Positions 8,315 to 16,170 of a stretch of DNA of 64,000 nt are shown here, in pieces; position 1 is the stretch's first letter, and the number at the start of each line of letters is the position of its first letter. The position numbers were made by a program, and so were the translations under genes. Under the pieces are notes generated by a model, which worked only from the letters and a program-made list of their open reading frames with translations, had not been told where the DNA came from and made no database searches. The stretch is from an uncultured Eubacteriales bacterium. Lineage in GTDB: Bacteria > Actinomycetota > Coriobacteriia > Anaerosomatales > JAAXUF01. The stretch lies in contig CAZFRE010000002.1 in NCBI GenBank assembly GCA_964521195.1, positions 192,930 through 256,929 on the forward strand. Reading direction: 5' to 3'.

Positions 8315-8830
8315 CTAGCTGCGGGAAGACACCGCAAGGCTCACGCTCGACGGGTGCTCGCGGGGGTCGGCGAACCACTCCGCGTCGAAGTCCCTGTCGA
8401 CGATGTCCTCGATCGGCATCTTCATGTACTTGCCGCTCGCCTCGACGGCAACGGTGCCGTCGGCCAGCACGATCTCACCTGTCCCCTCGAAGAGCCGGCG
8501 CGAGTCTCGCGTGATGCGCGCGACCGCACGCACCTCCTCATCGAGCGGGACCGGCTTGCGGAACCGCACGTTGAGTTCGACCGTCACGCCCCACACGTCT
8601 GGGTCCGCGATGCTGATCGCGCGGCCGATCGTCTCGTCGAGCAAGGTCGACGCGATCCCGCCATGAAGGCGCCCCGGATAGCCCTGATGGTGCTCGGCCG
8701 GCACGAACGCGCCGAGCAACTCCCCCGTGTCGAGCTCGAGGAAGCGCGCGTGCAACCCGAAGCCGTTCTCGGCGCCGCACACCACGCACATGCGGCTGAT
8801 GTTCTGGACCCCGGTGACGTCATGACTCAT
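8315..8830 (-). CDS. PaaI-family hotdog-fold thioesterase
   Basis: 171 aa. Motifs GxLHGGxxxxLxDxxxG (GRLHGGIASTLLDETIG) and CVVCG at the N-terminus are typical of PaaI/YbgC-like thioesterases. Confidence 0.8.
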   Translation of the reverse strand: MSHDVTGVQNISRMCVVCGAENGFGLHARFLELDTGELLGAFVPAEHHQGYPGRLHGGIASTLLDETIGRAISIADPDVWGVTVELNVRFRKPVPLDEEVRAVARITRDSRRLFEGTGEIVLADGTVAVEASGKYMKMPIEDIVDRDFDAEWFADPREHPSSVSLAVSSRS

Positions 8831-8852
8831 CGATGTGCTCCGTTCCGGACGG

Positions 8853-10841
8853 CTAGCCCGCCTCGTCGAACGCTTCGACGAACTGGCTGTTGTACAGGTC
8901 GAAGTAGAAGCCCCCGGCGGCGAGCAGTTCCTCGTGCGTGCCCTGCTCGATGATACGGCCGTGGTTCATGACGAGTATCGTGTCGGCGTCACGGATGGTC
9001 GAGAGCCGGTGCGCGATGACGAAGCTCGTGCGGTTCTCCATGAGCCGGGCCATGGCGCGCTGGATGAGTACCTCCGTGCGCGTGTCGACCGAGCTCGTCG
9101 CTTCGTCGAGGATGAGCACTTCGGGGTCTGCGAGGAACGCGCGCGCGATCGTGAGCAGCTGCTTCTCACCCGCCGAGACACTCGTGGCGTCGTCGTCGAG
9201 CACCGTGTCGTAGCCATCGGGGAGCGTGCGTACGAAGTGGTCGACGTGCGCGGCCTCGGCGGCGGCGATGATCTGCGCCTCCGTCGCGCCCTCGCGGCCG
9301 TAGGCGATGTTCTCGCGGATCGTCCCGCCGAAGAGCCACGCGTCCTGCAGCACCATGCCGAAAAGCCGCCGCAGCTCGTCTCGGCGCATCTGCATGGTGT
9401 CGACGCCGTCGACGATGATCCGCCCGCTGTCGATGTCGTAGAAGCGCAGCAACAGGTTCACGAGCGTCGTCTTGCCGGCGCCCGTGGGCCCGACGATCGC
9501 CACCGTCTGCCCGGGCTTCACATCCAGGTTCAGGTCCTCGATGAGCGGCTCGTCGTCCTTGTAGCGGAACGAGACGTCCTCAAGCCGGATGGCACCGTGG
9601 CAGCACTCGACGGCGGCGGGGGCCTCAGGCTCGGGGGTCTCCTCGGCCTCGTCGAGCAGCTCGAAGACGCGCTCCGCCGAGGCGACCGCACTCTGCATCA
9701 CGTTCGCGATGCTCGCGAGCTGGGTGATGGGCCAGGTGAACTGGCGCGAGTACTGGATGAACGCCTGCACGTCGCCAAGGGACAGACGGCCCGTCGCGAC
9801 CTGCATGCCGCCGATGACGGCGATGACGACGTAGTTGAGGTTGCCGACGACCGCCATCGACGGCTGGATGATGCCGGAGATGAACTGGGCCTTGAAGCTG
9901 GCCTGGAACAGCGCTTCGTTCTCGGCGTCGAAGATCTCGCCGGCCTCCTTCTGGCGGCCGAAGATCTTCACGATGCCGCGGCCCGTGTGCATTTCCTCGA
10001 CATGGCCGTTGAGCTTGCCGGTCGACTCCCACTGGGCGGCGAACTGCTTCTGCGACCGCTTCGCGATCGCGATCGTCACCGCCACCGAGAGGGGCACCGT
10101 GAGCAGCGAGACGGTGGCGAGGAGCCAGTTGATCGAGAACATCATGCCGAGCACACCGATGACGGTGAGCAGCGCGGTGATGATCTGCGTGAGGCTTTGC
10201 TGCAGCGTGTTGGCGATGTTGTCGATGTCGTTGGTCACGCGGGACAGCGTGTCGCCACGCGGGTGGTTGTCGAAGTAGCGCAGCGGCAGGCGCGTGAGCT
10301 TCTCGGCGACCTGGTTGCGCAGTCGGTAGACGATGCCTTGCGACATGCCCACGGTGAGCCACTGCTGGAGCCAGCCGAAGATGGCGCTGAGCAGGTAGAC
10401 GACCGCCAACGCGATGAGGAGCTGCGCGATCTTGGCGAAGTCGACGCCGACACCGGGCGTCAGCGTCATCTGCGAGAGCATCTGCGCCTGCTGCTTGGCG
10501 CCGGGTGCGGGGCTCGCCTCGAGCGCCGCGACGACCTGCTCCTGCGTCTGTCCCGGCTCCATCTGTGCGCTGATCACACCTTGGAACAGCACGTTCGTCA
10601 CGTCGCCGAGGATCTTGGGGCCGATGACGTTGAAGCCCACGCTGAACACCGCGAGCACGATGATGAACGCGATCGTCCAGGCGTGCGGCCTGAGCAGCTG
10701 CAGGAGCCGTTTGCCCGACCCCTTGAAGTCCTTGGACTTCTCGACGGGCGCGCCCATGCCGTGACCGCCGCCGGGGCCGAAGCCTCCGCTGCGCCGCGGC
10801 GGCTTCTTGTCTTCGGAGGGAGTGTCGTTGTGCTCGCTCAC
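8853..10841 (-). CDS. ABC exporter, fused permease/ATPase (MdlB/type I exporter half-transporter)
   Basis: Listed ORF 8853..11351. The likely start is GTG 10841 (VSEHNDTPSE), preceded by GGAGGAGG and overlapping the upstream stop (GTGA). Six TM segments, then Walker A GPTGAGKTT, signature SAGEKQ and Walker B ILILDEATS. Confidence 0.9.
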   Translation of the reverse strand: MSEHNDTPSEDKKPPRRSGGFGPGGGHGMGAPVEKSKDFKGSGKRLLQLLRPHAWTIAFIIVLAVFSVGFNVIGPKILGDVTNVLFQGVISAQMEPGQTQEQVVAALEASPAPGAKQQAQMLSQMTLTPGVGVDFAKIAQLLIALAVVYLLSAIFGWLQQWLTVGMSQGIVYRLRNQVAEKLTRLPLRYFDNHPRGDTLSRVTNDIDNIANTLQQSLTQIITALLTVIGVLGMMFSINWLLATVSLLTVPLSVAVTIAIAKRSQKQFAAQWESTGKLNGHVEEMHTGRGIVKIFGRQKEAGEIFDAENEALFQASFKAQFISGIIQPSMAVVGNLNYVVIAVIGGMQVATGRLSLGDVQAFIQYSRQFTWPITQLASIANVMQSAVASAERVFELLDEAEETPEPEAPAAVECCHGAIRLEDVSFRYKDDEPLIEDLNLDVKPGQTVAIVGPTGAGKTTLVNLLLRFYDIDSGRIIVDGVDTMQMRRDELRRLFGMVLQDAWLFGGTIRENIAYGREGATEAQIIAAAEAAHVDHFVRTLPDGYDTVLDDDATSVSAGEKQLLTIARAFLADPEVLILDEATSSVDTRTEVLIQRAMARLMENRTSFVIAHRLSTIRDADTILVMNHGRIIEQGTHEELLAAGGFYFDLYNSQFVEAFDEAG

Positions 10842-12571
10842 GCGACCTCCTCCTGGCTCAGCTGCGAGTAGACGATCTCGCGGTAGGTCTCGCTTGTCTG
10901 CATGAGCTCCTCGTGGGTTCCGGCCCCCGCCACGGTGCCGCAGTCCATGACGATGATCCGGTCGGCGTGCATGATCGTGCTGACTCGCTGGGCGACGACG
11001 ATCACGGTGGCCTCGAGCGTCTCCTTCTTGAGCGCGGCGCGCAGCATCGAATCGGTCTTGAAGTCGAGCGCCGAGAAGCTGTCGTCGAAGACGTAGATCT
11101 CGGGTCGCTTCACGAGCGCGCGAGCGATCGCGAGGCGCTGGCGCTGACCACCCGAGACGTTCGTGCCGCCTTGCGTGATGGGCGCCTCGAGCTGCTCGGG
11201 CATCTCGGCGACGAACGGCCTGCCCTGTGCGACGTCGAGTGCGTGCCAGAGCTCGTCGTCCGTGGCGTCGACCTTGCCGTAACGCAGGTTGCTCGCGACG
11301 GTGCCGCTGAACAGGAAGGCGCGCTGCGGGATGAAGCCGATCGCGCGCCACAGGTCTTCCTGTCGCATGTCGCGGATGTCGACGCCGTCGACGAGGACCG
11401 CGCCCGCGCTCACGTCGTAGAAGCGGGGGATCAGGTTGACGAGCGTGGACTTGCCGCTGCCGGTGGAACCCACGATCGCGGTCACCTCGCCCGGCCCCGC
11501 CGAGAAGCTGATGTCGCTCAGCACGGGGTCCTCGGCGCCGGGGTAGCGGAACTCCACATCGCGAAACTCGATATGGCCCGAGAAGTCCTTGCGAGGTGCG
11601 ACCGGCCGCTCCGGATCGCAGACGGTCGGCTTCGTGTCGAGCACGGCCTGGATGCGCTCAGCGGAGGCGGCGGCCCGCGGGACCATCGCGAACATGACCG
11701 TCCCCATCATCACCGACATGAGGATCATCGCGATATAGGTGAGGTACGCCGTGAGGTTGCCGATGGGCATCGCGCCGCTTGCCACCCGGATGCTGCCGAA
11801 CCACATCACCGCGACCGTCGTGAGGTTCAAGATGCCGAAGAGCGCCGGGATCATGTACGCGAAGATGCCGCCGACCTGGATCGAGGTGTCCGTCAGATCG
11901 GCGTTGACCGCCTCGAAGCGGGTCCGCTCGTGGTCGTCTCGGACGAACGCACGGATGACTCGCACGCCGGACAGCGTCTCGCGCATGACCTGGTTGATGC
12001 GGTCGACCTTGACCTGGACCGCCTTGAACAGCGGCATGGCTCGGCGGATCACGAAGTACAGGAACGCGCCCATGATCGGCAGGACCACGACGAGCACCAG
12101 CGAGAGCACGGCGTCTTCTCGGATGGCCATGATCACGCCGCCCACCGCCATGACCGGGGCGAGGATCATCATGTTCAGCGCCATCATGACGACCATCTGG
12201 ACCTGCTGGACGTCGTTGGTGTTGCGGGTGATGAGCGACGGCGTGCCGAACACGTTGACCTCGGACTGCGAGAACGTCTCGACGGTGCGGAAGATCGCCG
12301 CGCGGACGTCCCGGCCGAACGACATGGCCGTCTTGGAGCCGTAGTAGACGCCGACGACGGCAGTCACGCCCATGAGCACGGTCACGCCAAGCATGAGGGC
12401 GCCTACGCGCATGATGTAGCCGAGGTCGCCCTTCGCGACGCCGTTGTTGATGATGTCGGCGTTGAGGCTGGGCAGGTAGAGGTTGGTGATGGCCTGTGCG
12501 AGCAGCAGCACCATCACCAGCACGAGTTGTCTCGTGTAGGGCCGCAGGTAGGTTCTGAGCAGTCTGATCAT
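10838..12571 (-). CDS. ABC exporter, fused permease/ATPase (partner half-transporter)
   Basis: 577 aa. Walker A GSTGSGKST, signature SGGQRQR, Walker B IYVFDDSFS. Its start overlaps the marR stop (ATGA). Confidence 0.9.
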   Translation of the reverse strand: MIRLLRTYLRPYTRQLVLVMVLLLAQAITNLYLPSLNADIINNGVAKGDLGYIMRVGALMLGVTVLMGVTAVVGVYYGSKTAMSFGRDVRAAIFRTVETFSQSEVNVFGTPSLITRNTNDVQQVQMVVMMALNMMILAPVMAVGGVIMAIREDAVLSLVLVVVLPIMGAFLYFVIRRAMPLFKAVQVKVDRINQVMRETLSGVRVIRAFVRDDHERTRFEAVNADLTDTSIQVGGIFAYMIPALFGILNLTTVAVMWFGSIRVASGAMPIGNLTAYLTYIAMILMSVMMGTVMFAMVPRAAASAERIQAVLDTKPTVCDPERPVAPRKDFSGHIEFRDVEFRYPGAEDPVLSDISFSAGPGEVTAIVGSTGSGKSTLVNLIPRFYDVSAGAVLVDGVDIRDMRQEDLWRAIGFIPQRAFLFSGTVASNLRYGKVDATDDELWHALDVAQGRPFVAEMPEQLEAPITQGGTNVSGGQRQRLAIARALVKRPEIYVFDDSFSALDFKTDSMLRAALKKETLEATVIVVAQRVSTIMHADRIIVMDCGTVAGAGTHEELMQTSETYREIVYSQLSQEEVA

Positions 12572-13071
12572 CGCGTGACGTTCTCCGATGCGCTCTTGGT
12601 GCTTGCCATTCCGTCTCCGAGCTTTCCGAGCAGCCGAGCGAGCTCTTCGCGCTCCTCGGGTGTCAGGGTGCCCGTCATCTCAGTGATCGCCTCGGCCATG
12701 ATCCCGTGTATCTGCTCGTGGACCCGTTCGCCGTCGGCTGTGACGTAGATGCGGGTGAGCCGCTGATCGTTCTCGTCGGCGCGTCGCTCGATGTAGCCCG
12801 CCTTCTCCATCTTCTGCAGCATCACCGACAACGTCGGCGCGGCGATGCTCAACCGCCTCGCGAGGTCGCGCTGAGTGACCCCGTCGTCGTGCGCGACCGC
12901 GCCGAGGCAGAGCATCTGGGCCGGATGCACGTCGTGTGCGGCCATCGCACGGCTCATCAGCTGGCGATGCGCGTGCGACGCGCGCATGAACGATCGGAAG
13001 ACCGCTGCAGAGGCGGGGTCGACGCCCGGGAAGGGCGCGCCGTCGCCGTGCGGCGGGGGGAAGGTGGACAT
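12568..13071 (-). CDS. MarR-family transcriptional regulator
   Basis: An internal ATG at 13071 in listed ORF 12568..13860 (MSTFPPPHGD...). Winged-helix core (VTQRDLARRLSIAAPTLSVMLQKMEKAGYIERR...DQRLTRIYVT). Confidence 0.85.
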   Translation of the reverse strand: MSTFPPPHGDGAPFPGVDPASAAVFRSFMRASHAHRQLMSRAMAAHDVHPAQMLCLGAVAHDDGVTQRDLARRLSIAAPTLSVMLQKMEKAGYIERRADENDQRLTRIYVTADGERVHEQIHGIMAEAITEMTGTLTPEEREELARLLGKLGDGMASTKSASENVTR

Positions 13072-13093
13072 GAGGGCCTCTCGGATGGGGGGT
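13066..13093. other. GC-rich hairpin overlapping the 5' end of marR
   Basis: Stem ACCGCCCG (13066-73) / CGGGCGGT (13086-93), with an inner CCC/GGG extension. The 5' arm lies inside the first marR codons as called here (start 13071). The role is unclear (translation-initiation structure or chance). Confidence 0.25.
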
Positions 13094-13098
13094 GTCTG

Positions 13099-13141
13099 AC
13101 GAAGATTAGCATACGAACGATTAGCTAGCAAACGAATAATC
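13099..13141 (-). promoter_or_regulatory. AT-rich promoter/operator patch upstream of the marR-ABC operon, with a direct repeat
   Basis: This is the only conspicuously AT-rich stretch in the region. It contains ACGAAGATTAGC (13099-13110) and ACGAACGATTAGC (13113-25), 28-70 nt upstream of the marR start. Confidence 0.45.
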
Positions 13142-13226
13142 CGAGTCCTCGCCGGCAGACGCGCGACCGCCCGCCCCGGATGGGACGGGCGGTGAGCGTG
13201 CGTATCAGGAGGCGTCGCCTTGAGTG

Positions 13227-13787
13227 CTACGCCTGCGCCTTCTTGAGCTGGAACGAGCCGACGATGCCGATGATGCCGGCGACGATGGCGAACGCGCCCC
13301 AGACCCACGGCAGCACGAGCATGTACTTCTCGAAGTTCGCCGTGATGGCGAGACCGATCACGAAGCTGAGCAGTCCGAGGAATCCAACGCCCCAGCCGCC
13401 GCCCTTGAACGCCTTCACGAGATCGACGACGCCGATGATCATGCCGTTGATGCCGAGCAACAGTGTCGCTGTGCCCACGACGACCGCGGCGCCCAGCAGC
13501 GGCGACGCGATGATGTAGGCGCCTGCGATGATGCTGAGCAGGCCGCTCGCGAGCCGCCAGCCCCACATCGTGCGGTCCACGAAGAGCGAGCCGATGCCGA
13601 ATATGCCGGAGATCAGCCAGTACCAGCCGAGGAAGACCACGAGGACGACAGTGGTGACGGCCGGCTGCATCATCAGCAGGACGCCGATGCCCAGCGCGGC
13701 GATTCCCTGGATGAGCGCGACCCACCACGGGAAGCCCCGTGGGACGAGAGGCGCGGGCGCGGCGGGCGGTGCGATCGTGTCGGTCAT
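13227..13787 (-). CDS. HdeD/DUF308-family membrane protein
   Basis: The start at ATG 13787 (MTDTIAPP) is preceded by GGAGAGGGAG. Six hydrophobic helices with repeated G-rich IxGxxxIxxG patterns typical of DUF308. Confidence 0.7.
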   Translation of the reverse strand: MTDTIAPPAAPAPLVPRGFPWWVALIQGIAALGIGVLLMMQPAVTTVVLVVFLGWYWLISGIFGIGSLFVDRTMWGWRLASGLLSIIAGAYIIASPLLGAAVVVGTATLLLGINGMIIGVVDLVKAFKGGGWGVGFLGLLSFVIGLAITANFEKYMLVLPWVWGAFAIVAGIIGIVGSFQLKKAQA

Positions 13788-13893
13788 GGTTCTCCCTCTC
13801 CTCGGCGTGTGCCCCGGTGTAGAGCGTTGCACGCAATCGTGTCGAGAAGTCGATACCCATTGCGGCACGGGCGGCCGCAGATGGTCGCGGCAG

Positions 13894-16086
13894 CTAGCGA
13901 GGTGTTGTGAACACCCTCCCCAGCCGAGCGGTCACCACGACGTAGGTGAGCAGCGCGACGCCCGCGGCGATCGAGGCACTCATGATCACGAGGCTCACGA
14001 CCCGCGCGGCGAGGAGCGACCCGGAGAGGAGCAGCAGGCCGAGGACCGCCTCGGCGGCGCCCTGCCACAGCAGCCTGCCACGACGGCCGCTTCCGCGCGA
14101 TGTGTGGGCGGCGGCGAACAGGTTGACCACCGACTGGGCGATCAGATAGCCCGCGGCGGTCAGCATGAGGATCGTCTGCGAGATGCCCAGATCGAGCATC
14201 AGGAACAGCCCGATCACGATGCCGATGATTCCCGACGCCGCATTCGTGATCTTCTCCTGCTGGATCGAGTGGGTCGTGAACACGCTCGTGATGAACGAGA
14301 TGGAGCGCACGAACATGAAGATGGCGAACGCGATGCGCAAGACGTTGGCGTCGCCGGACGGCGGCAGGAACAGCATCGAGATGCCAAGGGCGAGGTAGAC
14401 GATCGCGCGGAAGATCACGAGCGGCATGTCCTCGGCGAACAACCGCTTCCAGCTCGACTGGCCCGGCCTGAGCTTGGGGTCCTTGGCGGCCTTCTCGGCG
14501 AGGTCATCGGCGACCTCTGCGGAGAGCTCGGGGTCGACCAGGCACGCGGCCTTGCCGGGGAGTGCCGTCGCGATGTCGTGTCCCGCTCCCTCGAGCCGCA
14601 CGATCTCGATGTTGTCGCGCACCGAGCCGAGCGAATCGATGTACTCGGGCACCACGAACGGGTCGGCGGTGCCGTAGATGGCAGTGACGGGGATGGACGG
14701 GACCGCCGCGAGATCGGCGCCGACCTGTTCGACCTCGATGGTGTGCTTGAGGCTGCGAAGCGTGGGTGTGTAGCGGGCCAGCCGGTCGCGCCCGAGCACC
14801 GATCGGACGGCGGTGCTCCGCGAGAGCTTGATGCCTCGCTCTCTGAGCGGCCCGAAGTTGTCGACGAACGCGGCGCGGGCCTGGTCGAGACGACCCGCGC
14901 CGGCGGCCACGTCACGCTCGTTGATGGGGACCGAGAACAGCACGAGCCGAGTCACGCGCTCCGGGTGTTTCGCAGCGAACGCGGCCGCGATGATGCCGCC
15001 GATGGAGTGGCCGACGATCGTCATCGGCTCGGTAGGGTCGCGCAGCAACGAATCGAGGGTCAGCTCGATCGATGCGATGTGGTCCTCGACCGAGTACGGG
15101 ATGTCGGCGGGCTTGGGCGACTGCCCGAAGCCGAGAAGATCGAGCGACACCGCGCGGTTGCGCGAAGAGACCGCGAGCGCCGCCTGGTTCCAGAACGACC
15201 CGTCGTTCTCCACGCCATGGAGGAACAGGTACAGCTGGCCCTCACCGCGATCGAACGCGACCGACAACCGCCGGTCCTCGTTCTTGAGGATCTCGGTGGC
15301 CATGAGTGTGGGGATGTTCTGGAGGAGCATGTGATCGGCCTTGAGATCGGCCAGGAACCGGATCTCCATGTTGGGCGCGAACTGCTCCGCCAGGGTCTCG
15401 ATCTGGGACTGGACGATGAACGCGTCGTGCTCGCCGACCATGAACGTGACGGGGCAGGTCACCTGCGACAGGTTCTCGGCCATGTTCGTGTACTGGATGG
15501 CGTTGGCCATGTTCTTCTGGAGGATGACCCAGTCGGTCTTGAGGTCCTGCGCGTTGATGAAACCCTGGATCACCTGTTTGTCCTCGGCGGAAAGCTTCTT
15601 GAACACGCCCGACTTCGCGAAGCCGACGCTTCTCACGACGTCGAGGATGCGCTGCGAGCCCTCTGTCTGGAAGACGGCCTTGGCGTAGGCCGCCTCGCCG
15701 ATCTGGTCGGGATCGAGGAAGAACGGCGCGCTGATGATCACGAGCCGCTTGACCCGCTCCGGGTACTTGGCGGCGAAGCGGACGGCCATCGGGCCGCCCA
15801 TCGAGTAGCCCACCAGGGTGAAGGGCTCGTCGATGCCGAGGTCGGTGAGGGTGAAGTCGATCGCGTCGGCGTGGTCGTCGACGGTGTAGTCGATGTCGAG
15901 AGGCTTGGGGGAGTTGCCGTAGCCGAGCTCGTCGAGCGCGATGCAGCGCCGATCGAACCCGATCGCCGTGACGACGGTGTCCCAGTCATGCCCGGTGCTG
16001 TTGATCCCGTGGAGCAGTACGTAGACGGGCCCTTCGCCGCGGTCGATCGCCACGTGAAGCCGATAGGGCGCGCTGGGATCGGACAT
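13894..16086 (-). CDS. Fusion protein: two tandem alpha/beta-hydrolase domains plus a C-terminal DUF308/HdeD-like membrane domain
   Basis: 730 aa. Domain 1 has the GYSMGG nucleophile elbow and ADHML. Domain 2 has GHSIGG and AGHDI. The two domains align with each other (DRGEGPVYVLLHG / DRGEGQLYLFLHG; KYPERVKRLV / KHPERVTRLV). The last ~200 aa are multi-TM and resemble the neighbouring DUF308 protein. Confidence 0.8.
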   Translation of the reverse strand: MSDPSAPYRLHVAIDRGEGPVYVLLHGINSTGHDWDTVVTAIGFDRRCIALDELGYGNSPKPLDIDYTVDDHADAIDFTLTDLGIDEPFTLVGYSMGGPMAVRFAAKYPERVKRLVIISAPFFLDPDQIGEAAYAKAVFQTEGSQRILDVVRSVGFAKSGVFKKLSAEDKQVIQGFINAQDLKTDWVILQKNMANAIQYTNMAENLSQVTCPVTFMVGEHDAFIVQSQIETLAEQFAPNMEIRFLADLKADHMLLQNIPTLMATEILKNEDRRLSVAFDRGEGQLYLFLHGVENDGSFWNQAALAVSSRNRAVSLDLLGFGQSPKPADIPYSVEDHIASIELTLDSLLRDPTEPMTIVGHSIGGIIAAAFAAKHPERVTRLVLFSVPINERDVAAGAGRLDQARAAFVDNFGPLRERGIKLSRSTAVRSVLGRDRLARYTPTLRSLKHTIEVEQVGADLAAVPSIPVTAIYGTADPFVVPEYIDSLGSVRDNIEIVRLEGAGHDIATALPGKAACLVDPELSAEVADDLAEKAAKDPKLRPGQSSWKRLFAEDMPLVIFRAIVYLALGISMLFLPPSGDANVLRIAFAIFMFVRSISFITSVFTTHSIQQEKITNAASGIIGIVIGLFLMLDLGISQTILMLTAAGYLIAQSVVNLFAAAHTSRGSGRRGRLLWQGAAEAVLGLLLLSGSLLAARVVSLVIMSASIAAGVALLTYVVVTARLGRVFTTPR

Positions 16087-16170
16087 GCACTCACCTCCGG
16101 ATGAACTCGCAGGTTGTGAGTAGTGTTTCCCCGTTGCCTGACGCGCGCAAGCCTCGCCGAGCGAGAACGG

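Noticed and set aside
7773-8378. Full-length 201-aa version of the hypothetical ORF
   Set aside because: It would overlap the 3' end of the well-supported PaaI thioesterase gene by 64 nt, and its N-terminal part is Arg/Pro-rich. The shorter signal-peptide-bearing version from ATG 8138 is more plausible, and even that is weak.
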